Positions 52,550 to 64,000 of a stretch of DNA of 64,000 bases are shown here, one piece after another (positions within the stretch are counted from its first letter, which is position 1; each line of letters begins with the position of its first letter). The position numbers and the translations under genes are program-made. Under the pieces are notes generated by a model that had not been told where the DNA came from, ran no database searches, and was given only the letters and a program-made list of their open reading frames with translations. The stretch comes from Harriotta raleighana (lineage: Eukaryota). Where the stretch lies: NCBI GenBank assembly GCA_050575255.1, contig JBNZDD010013687.1, positions 942,373-1,006,372 of the forward strand, written 5' to 3'.

Positions 52550-52830
52550 TACTTCAAAACCCCCCTCTTCGACAATGGCTTTGGCCACGTTCCTACCCTC
52601 CACGATCCCGACCCCAGCTCGGGTCCAAATCCCTGATTGTCCAGCGCCTTGGGACATCCAGCGACATGAAAGGACTTACACAAATGTAATTTTGTATTTG
52701 TTGTATTTGATGTACCTATGCTGATCCCACAAAATATACAGTCACTACGCATTACAGTATATTCCGTGAAGCACTTTGAGAAGTCTGTAAGACGTGACAA
52801 GGCGCTATATCAAATGCTAGGATTATTATT
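52550..52830 (+). mobile_element. L2 3' end followed by a SINE tail
   Basis: ttcaaaacccccctcttcgac...cagcgccttgggacatccagcgacatgaaagg, then cccacaaaatatacagtc...tatatcaaatgctaggattattatt. Confidence 0.8.
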
Positions 52831-54718
52831 TGTCTCAATGTGTCTATGCTGGGTCTTTGATTGATGATTCATGCAGTTCCAGTAACCTATATTTTCCCCA
52901 TACAAATACTCTACATAGCATACTATATATTATACATTATTATTAGGGTGAAGTTATGGAAGGTGGGGAGGGAGAGTTAGCAGATTTGTACCCAGGACAT
53001 TGTGTTTATGCCATGTTCAGTGATTATGAATTGTGTATAGTCAATATAACAGAGTACAGTTTAAAACCTGCTTTGCATTAGCTATGATTACCAGCAAGGA
53101 ACCACCCTGTTGGACAAGTTTTGCTGACCCAGAGCTGATGCAAATCCAGAGTTTTACTAAATATTTTCTTTGTTCTGAATAACATACAACATGTGGTCTT
53201 TTTTTTATCTGCCTCGAAGTTCAAAGGGTTTATGTTGAGCGACCTAAGCCACAAGGTCTGTGTGAATTGTATTACTCAAGACTTGATGCACATGACAGTT
53301 CTGCTAGTTTCTCAATTGTTTGTCAAGCCCATTACAGATCTCTGCATCCTAAATCACACTGTTATTGTGGTAGGAAAGTCAGTCCGACCAGCCGGGATGG
53401 ACCTCCAGAGGGTGTTCTTTGGATGGCCTAACTGTCTTCTAAAGACTCACACAGCAGATAGGTCAAATGGTTACATGAAGAGGGATTTTGTCACCATACT
53501 CATGTTCCTTTGGTTGGCTGCTGCCTTGGTGACAATCTCTTCTGAACTTTTCAAATTAGAAAGCTTTTTTTTTCTTCTTCTCCATTTCCACATTAAGTAC
53601 ATTCCCTTAACAAGACTGTTGGCTTGAAAATTTGAATAAACCCGAAAGTCTGAGAGTAGCCAAATTTTATGCAGCGAAATAGGTTTTCCAAGTAAGCCTC
53701 TCTTGTCAATATAGAAAGATTTGGCAAAGAAAATTAAAATAAGATTCCCATGACTGAAAAAAGGAGTAACAAAAGAATAGCTGTTTTGCTGTGGCTACTT
53801 TTGGAAGATGCAAAACAGTTAAAATTGCTTGTTCTTTGGATACAGCAGAATGACATATAAGCTTTTATAGATGTGCTAGGCTAAATGTCTTTCCAAAATA
53901 ATTAGGTTTGTCTTCAGGCTCAGGATAGCATAAGTTCACACAATCGGTAAATTAATACAACCAAACCAAGAACATGTGGATTCCAAATACACCATTCGTT
54001 TTATGTGTCACAGTACATGAATTTAGTTAGAAAGTGTTTTAATGTGTGTGCCTGCTAGTTTGTTAAGTGCACAATGCTGATCTGTTTTTTGTCGTCAGTG
54101 ACGGTTATTATAACCTAATGGGTGCAACGCTACACTAATGATCTTTCTGTATATAAATTCTTGTTTTTGTGAGCGGACACCATAGTGCCACAGGAAAATG
54201 TTTGCCTTAATTTACCTCAGAATAGATTTCAAAAGCCAGACTTGGCTGAGCAACAGTTTTTTCTAGTTACAAGAATCCAATAAAATTACCAGCTTTTCAC
54301 AGCATGTGTCTGCTTCCTTTCTGTTTATCTCAAACTTTCAATAAAGTGGAAAATTTGAGCTGACAATATATATGTTTGGATGGCTAATAAGGATTTGTAA
54401 CCCTTTAGAAGGCTTGACAGCTTGATAATGCAATTGAAAAACACTATGGGTATAACTTGTTACAGTAGTATGTATGTTGCAAATCTTTTATGTATACCAA
54501 TGTTCTTGTATACCAGTGTTGTTTATATTGAAAGTTTCCACCATGATGTTTCTTTCTGTGAAATGTGTGAACTGGTTCAGAAACTGTTAAATATATTTGC
54601 TTGGTTATTTGAACTTTGCAAAACAGTGCAATTGGCATTTTATACTAATGTAGTCTGACAGAACACTGACCACTACTAATAAAAGTAAGTTAACATGTTG
54701 TGTAATGTGCAATTTCAG

Positions 54719-54780
54719 CTATTTTAAAACTGGATAACTCGGTGGTGGATTTGGAGACTCTTCAAGCCCTGTATGAGAAT
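54719..54780 (+). CDS. FMN1: FMN1 FH2 exon (AILKLDNSVVDLETLQALYEN)
   Basis: Acceptor aatttcag, donor AAT|gtaagt. 62 nt, phase 1 to 0. Confidence 0.95.
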
Positions 54781-57575
54781 GTAAGTACTGTACAGAAGAA
54801 CTGTGAAAAAGGACACAGTGAAGTTTTCTAAAAACTTACAGTAAGAATAAATAAAGTTAATATATTGTTGAGGTAAATACTTTATTTGTTGAGGTATTAT
54901 AAAATAGTAACTTACTAATCCAGTACCATTTTGTTATGTCAATGACAATGTACTGTATTCCACTTTTTTTTCAGCAAATACATGTTTACCCATTGAACTA
55001 GTCAGTACTACTGCAAAGCTGCAGCACATTAATGACAAACTACTTCCATTAATAGCTGTTCGCCTTGATATAAAAGTTGTGTATGTTTTACATTTATGTT
55101 ATACTGTCTTATTGGATGTTTCTGACAAGAATAGATGAGTGTTGTGTTTATCCCCATTGCCTGATATTCGATTGTTTGTGAATTAAACATACTGCCGATT
55201 GGTTAGAGTGAAATTACATAGTTGAGGGATTCAGATGATTTCTAAAACACAGAAAATGCTTCATAAACTGTATCTGAGAGAGTGCAAACATCTGATAAAC
55301 ATGTTTTGTAACCAAGAGAATAATTAATTTAAGAGTAAACCATCCTCCGATTTACTTGTAATGTATGTGACCTTCTGATCAATGAACAAATATAAACAAT
55401 GGTTCATATGAATGGAAAAAAGTATTAAAAATTATTATTAGATACCAGGTGACTCTGTCCATTGAAAATAATCACACCACACGGGCACTGATGGCCAAAT
55501 AAATGCAGAGTATATATCGGATCCAGTGGTCTGATTAACGCACAGTTTACATTGGAGAAAACTTTTTACAAAAACCTTGACTAACCTGCTCCCATACAAA
55601 ATATGTAATGAATCTTGAATAATCTATAGTGTCTAAATCTATTTGGAAATCCCCAAAATGGAAGAACATAACTTTTGTTAATCCAGCTACTGTTATTTGT
55701 TATTATAAGTTTTAACACATTTATTTACGCTGTGTTTAATGTGAATATCAAGGTGGGGGGGCGTATTGAAAGGCAACGGAATACGTTTCCACTCTTTGCA
55801 CCCAGAATAAGCATCAAACCTACTTACGTCTGCATTTCATTAGTGTAGAGCAAAGTTCCCACTTACACTACCCAATTATATTCTTATATAAGAACACTCT
55901 TACAGCATCTATGTTGCATGTGTATTTCTCCACATTATCCTTCCCTGTCCCACTGAGAGATATACTGTTACATAACTAATAGGACTTTGGTTCACACCTG
56001 TTATCTTCCATTTACTGAATTACCAAAGTCAACTTTGTAATTGTGTGGAAATCTGAACAGAAATCAGACACTTTCTACAAGGAGGAAGGAGTTACATCAA
56101 TCTACTCTTAGATGTGCCGGGTGTGTCCCTGTGGAGAGAGTGTGCACTCCATTCCAGAAATATGTGGGATTTGAAATAGTTAAGTTAGGATACTTTTAAG
56201 TATAGTGATTGGTTTTCTGGGGATCTATTGTTTCCTACATAACCTAGATGAGGGTAAGGTTAGCTGTAAAATGGGTTTCAACTTTTCGTTAAAGTACCAT
56301 GACCTGGAGCTTGCGTGTGGCACTTTCTGACGGTTCTTTTGATCTGTTTTGATGCCCCTGATAATGTTCATTGGCATGTTTTTAATGCTGTTATGGTTAC
56401 TGAAAGAAGAAAACCTTTGTTCCTCCTAACAAGAGCGAACAACTGATGTTAGTTGGACTAGACTATCGTATTTTTTGATGTATTCTGTGATATGACAAAG
56501 GGATTGCCAGAGATTTCCAAGTGTTCCAGTTGCAAGCAATGTTTTGGAATACTGCACCACATTGTTCTGTTAAGAGCTAAAAAAAAAGTATTGTAAACAT
56601 TGTAGACAACGGAGAAGATCAATTAATACTCCTTACTTTCTTGGGCATGTCGAACGATGCCAAACATTTTAATAGAATATTTGCTATTGAATCTATTTTG
56701 GAAAAAATGGTGAGAGCAATGCATATCAGCAATGAAAGTGAATCAGTTTACCTGTTCTTTCCATACATTACTTTTGTATAGCATCAATAATCACAACTTG
56801 AAAATATGAGGTGAAATCAGTATAAGGTTCTTTACAAACCAAAATCATTCAGATCTACTTCTATTGATCCAAGTTTTTGTCTTTTTAAGTTGGAACTATT
56901 TGAAATAGATTTCCTTTCTGTTCCTTGTTGTGTATATCACAATTTCTACACCAGAATCTAATGCTCCTGGGAGATGAGCAAAGACACCTCCAGTAATGGA
57001 GCAAATTTGAAGTTGAAAAGCTGATTTAAAAAATTATCAATCTAAAAATGATGTCCACCTCATATTTTATTGAACACAGACCACATGAGCTCTATGAATA
57101 ATATATTAGTCCTAACAGTCACGGAGCTATAGTTCTAATACTCAGGATCTTGATTAACATCTATATTAATATTCATCTTTTCCTCAATAGTTTCTGTCCA
57201 AATGAACTAATCAATGCAGCATTAAGTGCTTTTAATAAGAGTCTTGGTAAAAAAAAGCTTTTTATGGAAGACTTTTTTTCTCCACTTAATCATATATAAT
57301 CACATTTGAAAATATAAAATATCAGGGTAAAAAATTCTACTGGGTCTTGGTTTATTTACTCTTCTTAAATAGCATTTTAGAGCATCCAGAACTCGGAGAA
57401 TTCTTTAATACAGCCTGAATTATGAAGCTGATTTTCAGTTAATTTTCTTTAAGAACTATAGAGTTTACGATTAAAACTGAATTTAACAAATTGTCAAATT
57501 CTGCCTCTGAAATGCTATGTTAATAGAGTAAATCTACGTGGAATTCCATGTGGAATTTATCACCGATTATGTTAT

Positions 57576-57760
57576 GTAATAATAATCATTTGGTCATTCA
57601 ATCCACGATTGTTTGTGGGACACTGCTGTGCACAATTGGCTGCGGCTTTTTACCCACAAAAACATACAGTCGATTCACTTTACAATATATTCCGTGAAGC
57701 GCTTTGCGATGTCTAGAAGACATGATAAGGTGCTATATCAAATGTAAGGATTATTGTATT
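57576..57760 (+). mobile_element. SINE 3' half
   Basis: tggtcattcaatccacgattgtttgtgggacactgctgtgcacaattggctgc...tatatcaaatgtaaggattatt. Confidence 0.85.
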
Positions 57761-58614
57761 ACATATTGTATTGTGTTACATTATCTCTTCCCTGTGTTTT
57801 TTAAAAAAGGATTATGTCCCTTTTGTCTTATTTTTCTCTAGCGAGAGCAAGTTTAACACTCCGTGCCTATCCTTGTTGTTTTTGAATTTTGAATGACCAA
57901 ATTCTTTGAAACTTTTCCATTATGTTCTTAAGTAAAGTGCCCACAGATCACTTTCAAATATACCTTGATCTGAACTGAATCAAAATGCAGCTGAATTTTC
58001 ATAATTTTTTCTCTGCCTTCATCATTCTGAAGTACGACAGTAGAATTCCTTGCCAGACTGTTATGTAAATGACCCCCAAAAAATACTAGATATCTAATTG
58101 ACTGACAGAGCAGAAATCTAGTTCAAATTACAATAGCTAATGTCTGGATTCCTAACACTTTCCAAGGAACAACATCTATTTTAGATTGAGATCAATCCTT
58201 TTCCTGTTTGAACTTAAATTAATATCTTGTGGTACAAAGTAACTTTGAGCAACTGTGAAGGTAAAGACAGCGTTTTGCTACAACTAGTCAATGTTACAAC
58301 CGCAAATCGATTCCTTGGCAAAGGGAATGGCAAATATAAAATGTAAGAGAATGGAAAATGCTTCAACAGTCAGCTGTAATAAATTAAACTTAGACACAAC
58401 TAAGACAGGATTGCAGGAATTCCATTATTGTACTGCCATTTTGGCCAGAAATAAACCCATTATAGCTCTGCTTTGGAAAACGCAAAGAAATTCAAAACCA
58501 CATAATTTGTCAGAGTCACTTTCTACTCTCTACTTGTAATTATCAATGTGCTGAATAGATTTAAGTGTTTTTTAAAAATAGCTTTAATAGCTTATATTAT
58601 TACCTTACCCGGCA

Positions 58615-59035
58615 TGCCTATCATCCCTGTCCTCGACGGGCTCCATTGTCTCCCTGTCTCCCAGAGGATTAGTTTCATGGCCCTCACTTTTACCTATAAA
58701 TACCTTCATGCACTAGCACTTCCTTATCTCTCCAATCTCCTCCTACTCCTACTCTATTCAGCTAACTCAGACTTGCTACACATCACCCACCCTATCCGTA
58801 CCACCATGAGTGTCAGATTCTACAACTCTATAACCTCTCAAGTTCCCTCCCTATATCCATCAATCTCTTCCCCTCTTTGTGTGTTTTGAAGCCCTGCCTC
58901 AAAACATACTTTTTCCACCGTACCTACGGTCACATCCTCCCTCTTCCTCGCTCAGTCCCCAACCCCATCACTGTGAAGTTCTTCAAGACCTTATCCTATG
59001 TGAAGAATGGTATATCAATGCAAGGTGTTGTAATA
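58615..59035 (+). mobile_element. L2 LINE 3' fragment
   Basis: IIPVLDGLHCLPVSQRISFMALTFTYKYLHALALPYLSNLL (L2 ORF2 C-terminus), then LKPCLKTYFF and a tail tatatcaatgcaagg. Confidence 0.85.
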
Positions 59036-60109
59036 TGCAGCATCCCATTCCTAAATAGTTATTTTCACCATAAAATTTGAAAATTAATTGAATTAAATTT
59101 TAATTTGTTCTTGTTAATCAGGCCTTTTCCATTCCCTACAAATAAATTGTATGGTAGCATAATGTTCAATAATTGTGGCAGCGCTGTTGAGTGATGAAAT
59201 GCAAGAACGCTAACCTCAAAAAGCATTGCAAATCAGCAGAAAGATGCCTGGAAAATGCATTTCACAACCAGAGAACTTTTGTTCCTGTGACAACTATCTG
59301 TCGGTGATTATTCACAAGCAGTTCTATGTGGCTGCTCTCCCAAACTTGCACCTGCATTAAATCATAAAATAAAACGTATTTTAAAAAAAAGTTTTAACCT
59401 CATTAAACTGATCTCTTGTCATTCGATTAGATGTTATAGTGGTTACTCAACTCCTGAAAATGAAACAGTCTAAATCGTTGTTACAGGAATAGTTCAGGTT
59501 GGTCAAAGCTGCATTGTGTTAGAGTCTGGTCCACTTGATTCATTTTTTGCAAAATATTTAACTGATGAGTTGGAAGTCAGCTGTAAAAGAGAATTCAATA
59601 GTAACAAAGGACTTGGAATAACAAAGTAAATCATGCCCATCAGTGATCACTGGAACACAAATCATTTCAGAATCTCTGAGTATTAGAACAGAATATGTTT
59701 TTTCAGAAGAAATTATAGGAAATAATATTTTAATGATAGTTGAATTTATTTTAATCAATGAAAATCATAAGATTATAACATTCCTTGGAGGTTTTAATCT
59801 TTACTATTGAGATTGGCTTCTCTTATATGGCTTCTCTTATATTGATAATGTGTGCCTAAACCGCTCGACTAATACCATTGCCGTTCTGCTCAATAGCTAA
59901 GATATTCTCAGTACAGAGCTAGGTAACTTCAAATGTTATTGTAACATTATAAATGCTTTTACCAATGATACTTTCGGCAGTGAAAGCTCACTTACACTTC
60001 AGCATTCATACTTTGGATGCAGTATGATGACTTTTTTGTGTTGTGCCAGTTCTTGCTTATGTTATGACGTTGCTAAGATATGTACTTCTACAATTTATTT
60101 GCATTCCAG

Positions 60110-60198
60110 AGAGGCCAAGGTGACGAACTGGAAAAGATAAGGAAATATTATGAAACCCCTAAAGAGGACAATAAGAAGATCCTGGATAAGCCAGAACA
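60110..60198 (+). CDS. FMN1: FMN1 FH2 exon ([30 protein letters not shown])
   Basis: Acceptor gcattccag, donor CA|gtaaga. 89 nt, phase 0 to 2. Confidence 0.95.
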
Positions 60199-61889
60199 GT
60201 AAGACTCTTATTGTACAAATTAAGTGTACCTGTGACCAGCTGTAATAATGCGGAACAATCCATCTTTAGAGCTGTAAAGCCAGTACATTGATTAAATAAA
60301 TGCAAAACACAACATATGCATTGTTATACAAATGATGGGTACCCCTAAAATGAAAATGCATGAAAAACAAATGTTTTGTTGGATACAATTGCTTTCTGAA
60401 AAATTCTTGAAGTATATACATGATGGGAAAAATTGAATAGGAGATAGCTGTTTTCAAACTACAGTACTACTAGTTTTTGTTTCCTAATTGTTAAATACAG
60501 TACTTAGTGCCAGAAGCAAAGTTTCCGATAGTGTTATTCTCTGCATTTTGTTGTATAGCAGTGGGTAGGTCTACTCCTTTTGTACTGCTCTATGAAACAT
60601 TGTTAAATAGAATATAAGTGCCCTCCATACTCCTATGTGTAAAGTCTCTACTGTGATTATTATTATTAATTATTACTGTAATTTTAAGTTTAACGTTAGC
60701 TAATTGAACTTTTCCAATTCTAGTTTTGGGGAAAAGTAGAGAAATGCACTTTCATTTTTTTCTTTATTGGATTATTAACATATCTACCTTTCCACATCTG
60801 TCTTGAGCTAGAAATTAATTGAAAATGTCCATTTGGGGGCGATATACATAGGGCATAAGAAGGGGAGGTCGCACAGTTCTGGCTGATGCATTCTTTTCCA
60901 CTGAGGGAGCAACTGTTCTGAGAGATTTTTCTCTCCCATACATTTCAAACTCTGTATTCCAGAAAGCTTAGCTATCTATTTGAATTAACAACTATTTTGT
61001 TTATAAAATTACAAGTTCCAGCATGTGGTGATTCTTCTCCTACCTTTGAAAGTTCTGCCTGATATAACAAATGCTTTGTTCTAATGTAAATACAGGGCAG
61101 GGGAGGCCATCTGTGTGGGTGATTTTTATCCAGTTGTACGTGCTGCACAAGACTTTTAACAGGACTCTAGAAATCTGTAGAGTGGAGTAATGTGAGAATG
61201 AACTGGGAAAAATAAACCCTAAGTAGAATTGGTGAAGTTATGTGACTACAGAATTGTATTGTCTTGAGGAATTCCTTTGTTAACCGAACCTTTGTGACCT
61301 CAAGATGCTCAGCAAAGAACCAGAGGATAAATTCTATATGTGAATTTGTCACCTTGGGATGTCCTCCCGATGTAAAAGGAGCCGTATAAATGTAAATTTA
61401 TAATTTGCATTGAATGGCACACAGAAGGGTACATGTTTCTTCCATTCCAAATATGTTCTATACAGAATAAAATGTGGTGCTGATGATAATAATAATAATC
61501 CTTACATTTGATACAGTGCCTTTCACATGGGGTATTCTATGGTGTAGTGACTGAATTTTTGTAGGCAAAGGCAATGGTGAGTTTAATAAATAACAATAGT
61601 AATGATAACAATAACAATAGTAAACAGATATAATGAATCTGATAACAGGTTGAGGAATGTCATGTGTGTGGATGAGGAGCTGCTTCATCCACTGACGTGA
61701 CTGCCAGCAACAGACCAGGGAAACCAATGTTCCAGGAATGGATTGACCAGTTTATTCACTAAGCTCAGAACAGTGTTGATGTACATGCATTAGAGAGACA
61801 ATTTAAATAGTTGCTCAGTAGGACATTCATCTATGAGGTACAATTTTAAAAAAAATTATGTTTCAATTGAAAGGATCCTTATTTCCATT

Positions 61890-62185
61890 CCAACTTGAGA
61901 CAGCATAAGTATAAGATAGCCAGTGGCTCTCATAGAGAGATCAAGAGAAATGTCTCCAAACAGAGGGTGGTGAGAATGTGTGACTTACTCCTCGAAGCTT
62001 TGGTCGAAGCAAAGAACATCAATTCATTTATCAGGAAAATTGATGCTTACATGAAGGAGAAGGGAATAGAGGGGTACAGATGAGGAGAACACGAAGAGTG
62101 GGGGGGCTTACGGAGAAATAAACACAAGGTAGTTTGGAGTCGAATGATTGATTTCTGTGCCTTTTCATTCTGTGTAATTTTGTGT
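61890..62185 (+). mobile_element. CR1 LINE 3' end
   Basis: RQHKYKIA...QRVVRMCDLL.EALVEAKNINSFIRKIDAYMKEKGIEGY, the CR1 ORF2 C-terminus, followed by 3' UTR. Confidence 0.85.
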
Positions 62186-62994
62186 GCTTCTGTGACATGT
62201 CAACAATCCACACACCATCCAACTGAAAAAGAGAGCCTGAGCAGTCGATAAGATTTCATAGATTTATATTCCAAGTTGCCTCGCGTACTGAGAGGTGAAA
62301 ACAGTGCTCTTTCGTTTTGATGACATACCACGGGGAATTTTTACATGTAATATTAACCTCTTTTCTGTCAAATCTTAAGTCTTAAAAAAGAACTGTGTAA
62401 TATAAAAATCTGAAACGGGCATCCCAAGTGTACTTTTAAAAAACATGCAAACTTGTGCATTGCATCAGAATCCGTAACTCGCTTGCATGTTCTTGGCATT
62501 CTTAAGGTTGTCATTTATGATGCAGCTGTCACAACAAAATCACGACAAGCACTAGGAATATAAAATTGCTGATATGTAAGAAAGTTGACCAGTGATTACT
62601 CACAGTCATATGGCATTTCTACTCTTAGGAGAAGCTTGAATTAATTAAAGGGTTACACTGTTACTTTATACTTTAACGGCATAGTTTTTACTCGAACACA
62701 AGACTTGGGTCCTTCATTGTTGAAAAACCAGCATCTTGCCTAAAATTTCCTCTTAGGGAGAAGTAAGCAGGATCTCTGGAGCAAAGTGGGGATTTGGAAT
62801 GGAACCTTGTTAAAATTGCTTTATTGACTTGGAGGAGATGGATCTGACAATCCTCTAGTTCACATTCCCAGTGGAGTTCATGTGGGAAGATATATTAAAA
62901 AATTCTGGTACATTATTATAACCATTGCTTTGATTTCTTGTGATTGCAAAACAAAATTTATACCTGATACCAATCAATTATCACTTTCCCACAG

Positions 62995-63124
62995 GTTCTT
63001 GTATGAATTATCGCAGATTTCTAATTTTGCTGAACGTAGCCACTGTATCATATTCCAGTCCATTTTTCTGGAAGGCACCTCCTCACTACACCGCAAAGTA
63101 GACATCATAGAGCGTGTGAGCAAG
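62995..63124 (+). CDS. FMN1: FMN1 FH2 exon ([43 protein letters not shown])
   Basis: Acceptor ctttcccacag, donor AAG|gtatga. 130 nt, phase 2 to 0. Confidence 0.95.
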
Positions 63125-64000
63125 GTATGATCAGTTATACAATGTACTTAAGACTAAATCCAAGATTTATTTGGAAACATGAATACCCTTGGAAACTTGC
63201 TGAATTCTTTGTTGGCGTCTTTCTATTATACCACTGATGCTCTGTAATCAGAAACAGAAATGCTGAAAACAATAGTCTTCAGAATCTTTATAGTTGCTGG
63301 AGAAAGACGATGGGTAAAGTGATACAACTAACTTACTGGCAGAGGTTTGAGTTTAATGTATGATTTACATTGCTGGAAACGATGCAACATTGCGTTCAGC
63401 ACTGGAGGGATTCCGAGCAGGCAGCAGCATTTACTCCCCGTTCCCAATCCTCGTATGGGAGCCAATGAGGGCTCTGCACGTATACACTGTTGTGATGCTT
63501 TTTTTTATTTTGACGACATTTGAACAGGGTCACTTCAGGCAATCTTGGGAAGTTTAATGGAGATTGAATTCAGAAGATTTCGGAGAATGGGCCAAATCAA
63601 TTTGCACACCTGCATTTTAGCTACAGTAGTGCAAATTTACGTCTTATTGAAATCAATGTCTCAACTGGCTCCAGTTGCTGGGCTCCAGTGTAAATCACTA
63701 ATCACAATGTAAAAATTGCTGATCTTGGTACTCAAACTCTATTTAAAAGCTTTTTTTTGTGATGACTTTTGTAAATACCATACAGAGACCAAACTGAACA
63801 CAATTTGCAATATTCAGCATCAGACAATGCTTGCGTAAATTTGTCTTTCCCCACCTCTTCCGCCCCCCCCAAAATAAAAAACACTCTTTTTGACAACTGT
63901 TGAAGGATCACAACACAACTAAGTTCACGCTTTCTCACTGTAGTAAATGACCATTAGTAATCCAATTCACAAGATATTCTGGGTCATCTGGTTTGGGATA

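Larger units (their letters stand above)
6140..63124 (+). other. FMN1: formin-1 gene, partial (5' exons of the long isoform and 3' FH2 exons lie outside the window)
   Basis: Spliced exon chain gives [16 protein letters not shown]...[23 protein letters not shown]...[10 protein letters not shown]...FH1...[16 protein letters not shown]...[28 protein letters not shown]...VDLETLQALYENR...[30 protein letters not shown]. This matches recalled vertebrate FMN1. All junctions are GT-AG and phase-compatible. Confidence 0.96.

Noticed and set aside
53193-53627. 144-aa intronic ORF
   Set aside because: Starts at GTG, has no recognisable domain, and shows no convincing splice signals. Other frames are also uninformative.
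63585-63730. Weak palindromic structure around ttattgaaatcaatg
   Set aside because: Arms too degenerate to define by eye. Possibly an old MITE but unsupported.

Overview
Vertebrate genomic DNA, AT-rich and dominated by introns. The tRNA-headed Deu-type SINEs, L2 tails and CR1 tails point to a cartilaginous fish, probably a chimaera or elephant-shark relative (inference). The window covers the middle of a formin-1 (FMN1) gene on the + strand. I traced a phase-consistent GT-AG exon chain: 15099-16556 (large acidic exon, like mammalian isoform IV), 17961-18081, 28938-28999, 41612-42285 (FH1), 44332-44482, 51056-51143, 54719-54780, 60110-60198 and 62995-63124 (FH2). The gene continues past the window end. 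A probable upstream exon of the long isoform lies at 6140-6306. The introns hold many SINE, L2 and CR1 fragments, one intact 322-bp hAT-type MITE (perfect 15-bp TIRs, 8-bp TSD), an old palindromic repeat family, a pre-miRNA-sized hairpin and a diverged ~390-bp tandem duplication. I found no convincing evidence for a wholly new biological system. The findings are candidate regulatory, RNA or evolutionary features. Family assignments and homology to human FMN1 are from recall and were not verified by a search.
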